DNA from: Pristiophorus japonicus
Lineage: Eukaryota
Direction: 5' to 3'
Length of the DNA: 64,000 nucleotides
Assembly: GCF_044704955.1 (NCBI RefSeq)
Contig: NC_092006.1
Span: 5,394,001-5,458,000 of the forward strand
Positions 1 to 11,870 of this stretch are shown here, piece by piece. Positions within the stretch are counted from its first letter, which is position 1; each line of letters starts with the position of its first letter. The notes beneath the pieces are model-generated. The model saw only the letters and a program-made list of their open reading frames with translations, was not told the origin of the DNA and made no database searches. Made by a program: the position numbers and the translations under genes.

Positions 1-230
1 TAACATAACTTCCCAACTTTTCAATTCTATCCCTCTACAAATGAACCCTGGTTCTTTGCTTGTTTTAATGAGCTTGTTAAGCTATGTCGCTACATTTAGT
101 GATTAGTGTATCTGTACCCCAGATCCCTCTATTCCTCTACCTCATTATGGAAACTTATTTTCTAAGAAGGAACAGATATTTATAATAGATAACGAATTGC
201 TGACAAAATCACTTCACTGCATTATTATGA

Positions 231-1118
231 ACATACAGAACATACATTTATATAGTGCTTTTCACGACCACCGGACATCTCGAAGTGCTTTAAAGCCAAT
301 GAAGTACTTTTGGAGTGCACTATTGTAATGTGGGAAACGCAGCAGCCAATTTGTGCACAGCAAGCTCCCACAAACAGCAATATGAAAATGACCCAGATAT
401 TCTGTTTTATTTTGTTAATTGAGCGATAAATATTGGCCAGGCTACCGGAGATAATTCCCCTGCTCTTCTTCGAAACAGTGCGATATTTTATATCCAGATG
501 AGAAAGCAGCTTGGTTTAATGTCACATCCGAAACACGGCACCTCCGACACTACAGCGCTCCCGCAGTACTGCCCCTCCGACAGTGCGGCGCTCCCGCAGT
601 ACTGCCCCTCCGACAGTGCGGCGCTCCCGCAGTACTGCCCCTCCAACAGTGCGGCGCTCCCGCAGTACTGCCCCTCCGACAGTGCAGTGCTCCCTCAGTA
701 CCGCCCCTCCAACAGTGCGGCGCTCCCTCAGTCCTGCCCCTCCGACAGTGCGGCACTCCCTCAGTACTGCCCCTCCGACAGTGCGGTGCTCCCTCAGTAC
801 CGCCCCTCCAACAGTGCGGCACTCCCTCAGTATTGCCCCTCCAACACTCCATCAGTACTGCCCCTCCGACAGTGTGGTGCTCCCTCCGCACTGCCCTCCC
901 TCAGTACTGCCCCTCCCACAGTGCGGCACTCCCTCAGTACTGCCCTTCCCACAGTGCGGCGCTCCCTCAGTACTGCCTCTCCGACAGTGCGGTGCTCCCT
1001 CAGCCCTGCATTGCAGTGTCAGTCTAGATTTTTGTGCTCAAGTCTCTGGAGTGGGACTTGAACCCACAACCTCTTGTCTCAAAGGCAAGTGTGCTGCCCA
1101 CTGAGCCACAGCTGACAC
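231..1118 (-). mobile_element. tRNA-derived Deu-domain SINE (SacSINE1-like) with an expanded internal 33-bp repeat
   Basis: tRNA-like head with B box (GGTTCAAGTCCC) at ~1050-1118, then a 33-bp array at ~540-1010, then the conserved core and tail. Confidence 0.75.
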
Positions 1119-1415
1119 TTAAAAGGAGCTGCTGGGTTTAAAATAATCCAGTTTCAATAGTAAATGTGACAAGGTTCACCTCCAGGACACAGCCAGAGAA
1201 TGTTTGGGATCCATGTAAACGCCAGCTTTAATATCAATGCAGCTTAAACCTGGAATCAGTGTCTGAGTTGCCCCAGAGGTCCTTAGCCCCACATAAATCA
1301 CATTTGCTCTATAAATGTGCGCTGTAAATCAGCATTAGAGATACACTGAGCGCATCTGGGCTTGAACGTTCAAAGAGCAGGAATCGCAAACGCAATGCTG
1401 GGGTTTGACAACCTG

Positions 1416-1421
1416 TTTATT
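1416..1421 (-). terminator. Candidate polyadenylation signal of gene A
   Basis: AATAAA on the minus strand. The homologous block downstream of gene B has ATTAAA at the equivalent position (13373-13378). Confidence 0.4.
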
Positions 1422-2236
1422 TGTATTTGTAACATCGGACAGTGAGCCGTGTTAACTACGACTTGAATAATATCGTGCTCACAGACAGCACAATGCATTT
1501 AAGAACAATACAAGCGAGGAGAGACAAGCCGGGACTGAACGGAAATGGCAGGCGACGTGTCGTCTTCGGAGTAGCGGATGATGGGTCAAGAGAGGATTTC
1601 GACATGTTTCGAAGCTCCCGCAGAATTCCCCGTTTGCAAAGCGGCTTGAAATTGCACCGGTGGTGTTTCGGCGTTAAGGTTCTCCAATCGGCGTTACAAT
1701 GGTTCTGCGTTGGTCAGTTTCCTCTTGCGATTAATTATTGATCAATGCGCATCAGATCGACAGAGTTCTTATATTCAGAGGAAAGGTTGGATAGGCTGGC
1801 GTTGTTGTCTTTGGAACAGAGGAGGCTGAGGGGAGAGCTAATTGAGGTGTGTAAAATGCTGAGGGGCCAGGATAGAGTGGATAGGACGGACCTGTTTCCC
1901 TTGGCAGAGGGGTCAACAACCAGGGGGCATAGACTGAACGTAATTGGGGGGAGGTTTAGAGGGGAGTTCAGGAGAACTTTGTTCACCCAGAGGGTGGTGG
2001 GGGTCTGGGGCGGAGCTCGCTGCCTGAAAGGGCGGTAGAGGCAGAAACCCTCACCACATTTGGATGTGCACCTGAAGTGCCGTAACCTACAGGGCTACGG
2101 ACCAAGAGCGGGAAAGTGGGATTAGGCTGGGTGGCTCTTGGTCGGCCGGCCCGGACACGATGGGCCGTAATGGCCTCCTTCCGGGCTGTAAGTTTCTAGC
2201 GTTTCTATGGTTTCAGAGGAAACTTTCCACCATGCT

Positions 2237-2314
2237 TCATATCCATGAGCTGTTCACTTTCCTTTCCTGTCGGACTGTTGGATCCGCCTTAAATGCCAGT
2301 TGGGCGTAAAGAGT
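2237..2314 (-). CDS. Gene A terminal exon with Tyr motif
   Basis: TLYAQLAFKADPTVRQERKVNSSWI*, after a polypyrimidine-TAG acceptor. Homologous to the terminal exons of B and C. Confidence 0.8.
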   Translation of the reverse strand, partial: TLYAQLAFKADPTVRQERKVNSSWI

Positions 2315-5300
2315 CTATGAGAGAAAACAGAAACCATTATCGCGGCTCACATCATCACCATCGGAACGGAGTGACAGGAGGAGGCCATTCAGCCCCTCGA
2401 GCATGTTCCCCCACTCAATAAGATAAGAACATAAGAAATAGGAGCAGGAGTCGGCCATTCGGCCCCTCGAGCCTGCTCCGCCACTTAATGAGATCATGGC
2501 CGATCTGATCATGGACTCAGCTCCACTCCCCTGCCTGCTCCCCATAACCTCTTATCGCCATCGTTCAAGAAACTGTCTATCTCTGTCTTAAATTTATTCA
2601 ATGTCCCGGCTTCCACAGCTCTCTGAGGCAGCAAATTCCACAGATTCACAATCCTCTGAGAGAAGAAATTTCTCCTCATCTCAGTTTTAAATGGGCGGCC
2701 CCTTATTCTAAGATCGTGCCCCCTAGTTCTAGTCTCCCCCATCAGTGGAAACATCCTCTCTGCATCCACAGCTGATCCTGTATCTTAACTCACTCTACCC
2801 ACCTTGGTTCCCTAACCCTTAATCCCCTTACCCAACAAGAGTCGATCCACCTCTGTCTTGACATTTCCAACTGACCCCTGACCTCGACAGCTTTTTGGGG
2901 GAGAGAGTTCCAGATTCCCGCTCCCCTTTGTGTGAAGAAGTGTTTCCTGTCATCACCCCTGAACGGTCTGGCTCGAAATTTAAGGTGACGTCCCCTTGGT
3001 CTGGACTCACCCCGCCAAAGGAACTCATTTCTCTCTCTATCCACCTATCGAACACTTTAATCATCATAAACAACTCGATTAGATCGCCCTTTAATCTTCT
3101 ATACTCCAGGGAATAAAAGCTTAGTCTGTGCGACCTGTCTTAATAATTTAACGCTTTTAGCCCCTGTATTATTAGTTAGGCCACAGCTGAAGTACTGCGT
3201 GCAGCTCTGGTCACCACATTACAGGAAAGATGTGATTGCACTGGAGAGGGTGCAGAGGAGATTTACCAGGATGTTGCACTGGAGAGGGTGCAGAGGAGAT
3301 TTACCAGGATGTTGCACTAGAGAGGGTGCACAGGAGATTTACCAGGATGTTGCACTAGAGAGGGTACAGAGGAGATTTACCAGGGTGTTGCACTGGAGAG
3401 GGTGCAGAGGAGATTTACCAGGATGTTGCACTGGAGAGGGTGCAGAGGAGATTTACCTGGATGTTGCACTGGAGAGGGTACAGAGGAGATTTACTAGGAT
3501 GTTGCACTGGAGAAGGTGCAGAGGAGATTTACCAGGATGTTGCACTGGAGAGGGTGCAGAGGAGATTTACCAGGATGTTGCACTGGAGAGGGTGCAGAGG
3601 AGATTTACCAGGATGTTGCACTAGAGAGGGTGCAGAGGAGATTTACCAGGATGTTGCACTGGAGAGGGTACAGAGGAGATTTACCAGGATGTTGCACTAG
3701 AGAGAGTACAGAGGAGATTTACCTGGATGTTGCACTGGAGAGGGTACAGAGGAGATTTACTAGGATGTTGCACTGGAGAGGGTGCAGAGGAGATTTACCA
3801 GGATGTTGCACTAGAGAGGGTGCAGAGGAGATTTACCAGGATGTTGCACTGGAGAGGGTGCAGAGGAGATTTACCAGGATGTTGCACTAGAGAGGGTGCA
3901 GAGGAGATTTACCAGGATGTTGCACTAGAGAGGGTGCAGAGGAGATTTACCAGGATGTTGCACTAGAGAGAGTACCGAGGAGATTTACCAGGATGTTGCA
4001 CTGGAGAGGGTACAGAGGAGATTTACTAGGATGTTACACTAGAGAGGGTGCAGAGGAGATTGACCAGGACATTGCACTAGAGAGGGTACAGAGGAGATTT
4101 ACCAGAATGTTGCACTAGAGAGGGTACAGAGGAGATTTACCAGGATGTTGCATGGACTGGAGAATTTTAGCGATGAGGAAAGATTGGATAGGCTGGGGGT
4201 TGTTTTCTCTGCAACAGAGGAGGCTGAGGGGAGACCTGATTGAGGTGTATAAAATGATGAGGAGCCTGGATAGAGTGGATAGGACGGACCTGTTTCCCTT
4301 GGCAGAGGGGGTCAACAACCAGTGGGCATAGATTGAAAGTAATTGGGCGGAGGTTTAGAGGGGATTTGAGGGGAAATGTCTTCACCCAGAGGGTGGTGGG
4401 GGTCTGGGGCGGAACTCACTGCCTGAAAGGGTGGTAGAGGCAGAAACCCTCACCACATTTAAAAAGTACCTGGATGTGCACTTGAAGTGCCGTAACCTAC
4501 AGGGCTACGGATTGAGAGCGGGAATGTGGGATTAGGCCGGGTGGCTCTTGGTCGGCCGGCGTGGGACACGATGAGCCGAATGGCCTCCTTCCGCGCTGTA
4601 AACTTCTGTGATTCTATGATTATTCTGTCAACTTGTAATTATATATAATCGGCAACTTAAAACATAGACCGATATTTTGTAATCTGTTTTTGCAGTTCTA
4701 TCAAAATAAACTGCTTTCCTGCGGAGTTCATTATGCAAAGTTTTATAGAATCGTTAACTATGAATCTTAACCGTTGGATTAAGGATGAGTGCAGGTAACT
4801 GCAAGGTGTCAAGCAAAGACAATTATTTTCACTCTCACCTCCTTATCTCTTGCACCTGGTCTGGAATCCGTGAATTTCTCATCGCTGGCCGTGTTACCTG
4901 AAATAAAGGGAATGCAATCTAAGTCTAAATGCACACACATTTCACGCTGACATGCACCGAGCCAAACGTTGTTTCCTTCAGGTAATTATCCAACTCCCTT
5001 TTGAAAGCCACGTTTGAGTCTGCCTCTACCACCCTCTCAGGCAGTATGTTCCAGACCCTAACCACTCGCTGCTTAAAAATAGTTTTTCTTCATTTCGCCT
5101 TTGCTTCTTCTGCCTTAAATCTGTGTCCTCTGCTTCTCCACCCTTCTCCCAACGAGAACAGTTCCTCTCTGTCTGGACCCCTCACGATTTGGCCTTCCTG
5201 ACTTGGGCATAGGTCATTGGGTCACAATCCCGGAATTCCCTCCCTAACAGCACTGTTAGGAGCACCTTCACCACAGCGGACTGTCGAACTCGTTTGGCAG

Positions 5301-8300
5301 AACGTCTCATCGCCAGAGCTGTCACACAAGCACCAACATGTAGCTTGATTGGCGGTGAGGAGGGCCTTACCCGTCAGAGCCTTCATGCACAGCCGGCGTC
5401 TCAGCAGCACGGCACGGTGCCCCCGAGTTGGCTGCAGGGCGGACGAGACTGTCACCCATCTCCTTCAGGTTTGCCCCTTCGCAAGGCAGGTTTGGAAAGA
5501 GATGCAGTGGTTGCTGTCGAGGTTCATCCCGAGCAGCTCTGTAACACAGGACTCTGTGCTCTAGGGGCTGTTCCCAGGGACACACACCGAGACAGACATC
5601 ACCTGCTGCTGGAGGGCCATCAACTTGGTCAAAGACGCTCTTTGGTCTTGCCGAGACTTGCTGGTCTTCCAGAGCAAGGAGATGTCCACGTCTGCGTGTT
5701 GCAGACTGGCGCAATCCACGATCCAGGATTACGTGCTGAGGGACGCACTTAAAATCGGTGCAGTCGCCGCAAAGGCACGGTGGGGAAGGGCCGCAGTTTA
5801 AAGCCCTTCTGACATGGTAAACCCAGGGGCAGGAATCAGTACAAAACTCCCCTCGGGCCGTACTTGTAACTTCTTTTTTGTGTCCATGGAGCACCATGAT
5901 CTGTAAACACCTGTGTAGTGTCATGTACAATGTAAGGTCTGTTTCGTAATGCACGTTGAAAAGAAAAATGTAAATGTACCGTCACCCATTCCGTGTACTG
6001 TATAGTGACACACGTAATGTAATTTGTCGAATGTACTACAAGGTATCCCGTATTGTACCGAATTGTACTTGAACTGAAAAGCAAAGAAATGTATCGAACG
6101 GAACTGCCGTCAGCACCCAAATGTAGTGTATGGGATTGCTGACCGCAGCTAAATGTACTGAACTGCTTTTGAATGTACTGTACAAATTTTTATACGAATA
6201 AAGTATATTTTGAAATTAAAAAAAATAACACAGTAACTGGATAGATTGGCCGCGCCTCTCGACCGCCGCTACCTGACTGCCGGGTCCTGCAGCTCCAGCT
6301 CGCCATCACCGTCACCATCAGGAGGAGGAGAAGCGCCACCGAGCAAGTCACCAAAACCCATAAACTACAGTCGCTGTGCAGCGGGAGCCCTGTACACAAG
6401 GGGGAAAAACAGCCTCTTAGTTAAAAGAAAATCCCGTAACCCAAGCCCTCTGCTTCTCGCAGGAGGTTCAGGGAGACCCAATACCATCTTCCAGGGTCCA
6501 CGAGGGTTAGATACTCAATACCAAGTCTTCCCAACATCAATAGATAGAGATNNNNNNNNNNNNNNNNNNNNNNNNNNNNNNNNNNNNNNNNNNNNNNNNN
6601 NNNNNNNNNNNNNNNNNNNNNNNNNNNNNNNNNNNNNNNNNNNNNNNNNNNNNNNNNNNNNNNNNNNNNNNNNNNNNNNNNNNNNNNNNNNNNNNNNNNN
6701 NNNNNNNNNNNNNNNNNNNNNNNNNNNNNNNNNNNNNNNNNNNNNNNNNNNNNNNNNNNNNNNNNNNNNNNNNNNNNNNNNNNNNNNNNNNNNNNNNNNN
6801 NNNNNNNNNNNNNNNNNNNNNNNNNNNNNNNNNNNNNNNNNNNNNNNNNNNNNNNNNNNNNNNNNNNNNNNNNNNNNNNNNNNNNNNNGATACGTGTATA
6901 GATAGATAGACCGACAGATTTATGGATAGACAGACAGATAGATGGATAGATACATCGATAAATCAATAGATAGACAGATAGACAGATATATTTATGGATA
7001 GACAGATAGATAGATCGACAGACAGACACAGACAGACAGATAGAGGAGGTGCAACGAGACCTGGGTGTCATGGTACATCAGTCATTGAAAGTTGGCATGC
7101 AGCTACAGCAGGTGGTGAAGAAGGCAAATGGCATGTTGGCCTTCATAGCGAGGGGATTTGAGTATAGGAGCAGGGAGGTCTTACTGCAGTTGTACAGGGC
7201 CTTGGTGAGGCCTCACCTGGAATATTGTGTTCAGTTTTGGTCTCCTCATCTGAGGAAGGACATTCTTGCTATTGAGGGAATCAGCAAAGGTACACCAGAC
7301 TGATTCCCGGGATGGCAGGACTGACATATCAAAAAAGGCTGGATCGACTAGGCTTATATTCACTGGAATTTAGAAGAATGAGAGGGGATCTCATAGAAAC
7401 ATATAAAATTCTGACGGGACTGGACAGGTTAGATGCAGGAAGAATGTTCCCGATGTTGGGGAAGTCCAGAACCAGGGGTCACAGTCTCAGGATAAGGGGT
7501 AAGCCATTTAGGACCGAGATGAGGAGAAACTTCTTCACTCAGAGAATTGTGAACCTGTGGAATTCTCTACCACAGAAAGTTGTTGAGGCCAGTTCGTTGG
7601 ATATATTCAAGAGGGAGTTAGATGTGGACCTTACGGCTAAAGGGATCAAGGGGTATGGAGAGAAAGCAGGAATGGGGTACTGAAGTTGAATGATCAGCCA
7701 TGATCATATTGAATGGTGGTGCAGGCTCGAAGGGCCGAATGGCCTGCTCCTGCACCTACTTTCTATGTTTCTATATTTGGACGGACGGATAGATGGTAAA
7801 CAGACAGATAGTTTACAGATAATACAACACTTGGTAAAGCAGTGGATCAGGATGAGGATAATTATAGGCTGCAGGAGAGCACAGACGGGTTGGTGAAATG
7901 GCCGTCAGCACGGCCGGTGGGGTTCAAAGCGGGGAAGTGTTAAGTGTTTCAGTTTGGGAGGGGTAACATGGACAGACAATGTACTGTGAATGGCATCGAG
8001 CGAGGACGTGATCCACCGGAAATGGCAGTATATTATTCTCCAATTTGACCCATGGATCGCCCAGGAATATACCTGCTCTCCCAGCAGGTAGATATGACCT
8101 AGCAGGACAGAAGGACCTTATAATTGAGAAAGGTAAACATTGAGAGATCTGGGAGAGGTAAATCATTGAGATACTTACACACGAATTTGCAGAAAGGAAG
8201 AGAATTTGAATGTATAACGTGACAGGGCTAACAATGATCTCTTACATCACCATTGAAGATATTAGTGAAGGAGAATAGTTACCGCTCAGCGATGAGATGC

Positions 8301-9984
8301 TTTCACTGATGAAATTGTCGGTGGAATTGACCGGAACGGCGCAAGTGCAGACAGCGCCACTCCGCCAAGTTTCCGCCGAGACGCTGAGGTGACTCCCGAC
8401 CGTGAGCGTCCCGTCCGGCTCGGTGGTCCCGGAGTCGCTCTGTCCCTCGGCGAGCCGTCCCGAAACAGTCCAGCGGACGGGAAGGGAATCGGGAGTCAGG
8501 CTTCTGACCAGACACAGCAGCGGGACCCTCGCCAGCGAGGGAATTTCGTCCTGCGGCGGAGTTAAGAGCTGTATTTCCGGAGACCCTGCCGAATTTGGGG
8601 AGGATTAATATTCGACGGAAATCGCTCGTTATTTACAACGAAATTTGTAAACGAATTCTTACCTGTAATGAGCAATTTCGAGCCGTTTCCGAATATAAGG
8701 TGCAATAGACTAGATTTCTTAGCTGCGCAGTAATACACCCCTGAATCGTTCCCCTGGACCTCGTTCACAATCAGAGAGTAAATATTGAATTTGTCGTCAA
8801 TTTGTCCGGAAAACCTCCCTTCAGGAATATTGTAGTTTCTCACAGTGTAAACTTTCTGGAGAGGTCCTCGGTTCTGCTGCTTATACCACTGCACAGCTCG
8901 AGATACCAACTGACCAGTGTGACAATCCGCCTTGAAGGTACTGCCAACTGAGAGAGTCTGGACCGACGGACTCTGGGCGAAATAGTCCTGGGGGGCAATA
9001 ACTGAGAGAAGAACATGGTCACCACGGGGTCTGTTACAAGAGGAATAAACACCGCTTCAGATCAAGAAACCCACAAAGCAGTGAACGGTGAGAGAGGCGC
9101 TCGTGTTCAAGGAGCCTCATTTCTAATTGAGTTCAATGCTGAGGGTTAACATTGAGCCAATAACAGGAGANNNNNNNNNNNNNNNNNNNNNNNNNNNNNN
9201 NNNNNNNNNNNNNNNNNNNNNNNNNNNNNNNNNNNNNNNNNNNNNNNNNNNNNNNNNNNNNNNNNNNNNNNNNNNNNNNNNNNNNNNNNNNNNNNNNNNN
9301 NNNNNNNNNNNNNNNNNNNNNNNNNNNNNNNNNGAGAAAGAGAAAGATAGAGAAAGAGAGAGAGAAAAAGAAAGAGAGAGAAAGAAAGATAGAGAAAAAG
9401 AGAGAGAAAGAAATAGAGAGAAAGAGAGAGAAACAGATAGAGAAAAAGAGAGAGAGAAAGAAAGATAAAGAGATAGAGAGAGGGAAAGAAAGAAAGAGTT
9501 GGATTTATATAGCGCCTTTCGCAACCACTGGACTCAAAGTGCTTTACAGCCAATGAAGTACTTTTTGAAGTGTAGTCACTGTTGTAATGTGGGAAACACG
9601 GCGCACAGCAAGCTCCCACAAATAGCAATGTGATAATGACCCAGATCAGCTGTTTTCGAGATGCTGATTGAGGGATAAATATTGGCCCCAGGACACAGGG
9701 GAGAACTCCCCTGCTCTTCTTCGAAATAGTGGCCGTGGGATCTTTTACGTCCGCCTGAGAGACCAGACGGGGCCTCGGTTTAACGTCTCAGGCAATAGAT
9801 GCAGAATATTGACATTAGGTCTATTTCCCACCAGCCTGAGATATTGCACGATGCTAATATCAGTGAACGCAGCGCGTAATCTCCGACTCGGCTGATCTTA
9901 CGCCGCAGTTCCGCCATGGATTACCAGCAAATTCGACTGACCTGGAAAGAGAAGGGCGAGCACGCAGGGAGCTAAGCGATGCAT
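2237..9984 (-). CDS. Gene A: non-rearranging VJ-C1-TM-cytoplasmic Ig-superfamily receptor, 6 exons, 312 aa
   Basis: Exons 9984-9942 (leader), 9001-8663 (VJ), 8585-8283 (C1), 6389-6273 (TM), 4897-4839 (cyt1), 2314-2237 (cyt2+TGA). All introns are GT-AG with compatible phases (1,1,1,1,0). The exons total 939 nt and are open. Confidence 0.85.
3172..4620 (+). mobile_element. CR1-type LINE 3' fragment with an internal 38-bp tandem array (~3231-4150)
   Basis: RT C-terminal peptide ALERVQRRFTRML is amplified as the unit GGATGTTGCACTGGAGAGGGTGCAGAGGAGATTTACCA. Confidence 0.85.
4839..4897 (-). CDS. Gene A cytoplasmic exon 1
   Basis: GNTASDEKFTDSRPGARDKE. 59 nt, TTTCAG acceptor and GTGAGA donor. Same length and phase as the gene C equivalent. 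Confidence 0.7.
5205..6226 (+). mobile_element. L1/Tx1-clade LINE 3' fragment
   Basis: C-terminal zinc knuckle CPRVGC..ETVTHLLQVCPFARQVW, then a 3' UTR ending in AATAAA and an A-tail. Confidence 0.7.
6273..6389 (-). CDS. Gene A stalk/TM exon
   Basis: LPLHSDCSLWVLVTCSVALLLLLMVTVMASWSCRTRQS. 117 nt with AG/GT boundaries. Confidence 0.85.
6552..6888. other. Assembly gap flanked by a GATA/GACA microsatellite
   Basis: Run of N. Confidence 1.
7043..7773 (+). mobile_element. CR1/HER1-like LINE 3' fragment
   Basis: [13 protein letters not shown]...RRNFFTQR peptides and a TTTCTATG tail. Confidence 0.85.
8283..8585 (-). CDS. Gene A C1-set exon
   Basis: SPEIQLLTPPQDEIPSLARVPLLCLVRSLTPDSLPVRWTVSG...[28 protein letters not shown], an IgL/TCR-like C1 pattern. 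303 nt, after a 77-nt intron. Confidence 0.9.
8663..9001 (-). CDS. Gene A germline-joined VJ exon
   Basis: QDYFAQSPSVQTLSVGSTFKADC...WYKQ...RFSG...YSLIVNEVQGNDSGVYYCAAKKSSLLHLIFGNGSKLLIT. It has the V-set Cys/Trp/DxxxYYC pattern and the J motif FGxG in one 339-nt exon. Confidence 0.93.
9171..9333. other. Assembly gap followed by a GA-rich microsatellite (to ~9495)
   Basis: Run of N. Confidence 1.
9942..9984 (-). CDS. Gene A leader exon (MHRLAPCVLALLFP)
   Basis: ATG plus a hydrophobic stretch, 43 nt, phase-1 donor G|GTCAGT. Same length as the leaders of genes B and C. Confidence 0.75.
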
Positions 9985-10529
9985 TGTCTGCGACTTGAGG
10001 CGTTTGCTGTCCAGCTTCACACTGACGCTTTGCCGGGAGGTCTTTGCGCCCGCAAGCGACGTGAAATGCACACAGCTTGCAGAACGTGCGTTTAAAAATA
10101 GCGGTCTGGAAAATCCAGCCCGGTGCAAAAGCTGGCTGCGGGTTTCCTGTTGACACACGAGGCGCCCACGCACAGATGTGCCTGCAAAGGGCAATGTGTT
10201 ACAGCTGGTCTGAAGGGTGCTGTGCAGTCGAGACCCATTAAACCGTGAACTAACGCCAGGCGGTGCAGAATTCCACACACCGTGTACCGCTTGTGCAATT
10301 CGAGTGGCCGCGGGGGAATTATCCCGTTTCCGAGTGTTGCGATCGATTGGTCCAGAATGCATTCATTGATACACCCTTACTCGTACCAACAAAAAATGGA
10401 TCACATTCTGCCCAGAGAATGCCCTTCAAATTCTTACACTGGTAAAAAAGCAGGCACAAGGCCTCTTCTTTTTTACCAGCGTAAGAGTTTAAAGCAACAG
10501 GAAAATAAAATATCATCACCTATTAGCTG

Positions 10530-11016
10530 TAGGCTGCAGGACAATCGAACTGACCACACTCGATCAGCTCCACTGGGCAGGCCACATAGTTCGCATGCCA
10601 GACACGAGACTCCCAAAGCAAATGCTCTATGCGGAGCTCCGTCATGGTAATCGAGCCAAAGGTGGGCAGAGGAAACGTTACAAGGACCACTCTCAAAGCC
10701 TCCCTGGTAAAGTGCGACATCACCACCGATACCTGGGAGACCCTGGCCGCAGACCGCCCGAGGTAGAGAACGTCCATCCGGGAGGGCGTTGAGCCCTTCG
10801 AGTCTCGACGCAAAGAGCGTGAAGAGGTCAGGCACAGGCAGCGGAAGGAGCGCGCGGCAAACCAGCCCCACCCACCCCTTCCCCCGCCGAATGTCTGTCC
10901 CACCTGTGACAGGGTCTGTGACTCTCGTATCGGACCGTTCAGCCACCAGAGAACTCACTTTGGGAGTGAAGGCACGTCTTCCCTGATTCCGAGGGACTGC
11001 CTGTGATGATGATGAT
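10530..11016 (+). mobile_element. RTE-clade LINE 3' fragment
   Basis: WAGHIVRMPDTRLPKQMLYAEL..GGQRKRYKD and a (GAT)n tail. A second copy lies at ~27815-28120. Confidence 0.75.
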
Positions 11017-11017
11017 A

Positions 11018-11870
11018 AGCTCAATGAACTGGTCAGGTGGGCAGAACAGCGGCAAATGGAATTCAATCCAGAGAAGTGTGAGGTAATGCATTTGGGGAGG
11101 GCTAACAAGGCAAGGGAATACATTGAATGGTCGGACACTGAGAAGTGTAGAGGAACAGAGGGACCTTGGAGTGCAGGTCCACAGATCCCTGAAGGTAGCA
11201 GGCCAGGTGGATAAGGTGGTTAAGAAGGCATACGGAATACCTGCCTTTATTAGCCGAGGCATGGAATACAAGAGCAGGGAGGTTATGCTTGAACTGTATA
11301 AAACACTGGTTAGGCCACAGCTGGAGTACTGCGTGCAGTTCTGGTCAGGAAAGATGTGATTGCACTGGAGAGGGGGCAGAGGAGATTTACCAGGATGTTG
11401 CCGGGACTGGAGAACTTTAGCGATGAGGAAAGATTGGATAGGCTGGGGTTGTTTTCTTTGGAACAAAGGAGGCTGAGGGGAGAGCTTATTGAGGTGTCTA
11501 AAATTACGAGGAGCCTGGATAGAGTGGATAGGACGGACCTGTTTCCCTTGGCAGAGGGGTCAACAACCAGGGGGCACAGATTTAAAGTAATTGAGGGGAG
11601 GTTGAGAGGAGATTTGAGGGGAAATTTCTTCACCCAGAGGGTGGTGGGGGTCTGGGGCGGAACTCACTGCCTGAAAGGGTGGTAGAGGCAGAAACCCTCA
11701 CCACATTTAACAAGTACCTGGATGTGCGCTTGAAGTGCCGTAACCTACAGGGCTATGGACCGAGAGCGGGAAAGTGGGATTAGGCCGGGTGGCTCTTGGT
11801 CGGCCGGCGCGGACACGATGGGCTGAAACGGCCTCCTTCCGTGCCATAAATGTCTATGATTCTACGATTC
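11018..11870 (+). mobile_element. CR1-type LINE 3' fragment
   Basis: RT C-terminal peptides and the same 3' UTR as 1775-2210, 4150-4620 and 17810-18241. Confidence 0.8.

Noticed and set aside
8283-9001. Calling the genes bona fide TCR or Ig light chains
   Set aside because: V and J are pre-joined. The TM lacks the conserved TCR Lys/Arg pattern, and a Tyr-motif tail is present. IgL has no TM.
9031-9033. Alternative upstream acceptor for the gene A V exon
   Set aside because: It would give a 368-nt out-of-frame exon. The acceptor before 9001 gives 339 nt, identical to B and C.
6246-9628. ORFs spanning N runs (6246..6905, 6421..7071, 9123..9628)
   Set aside because: They result from assembly gaps and microsatellites.
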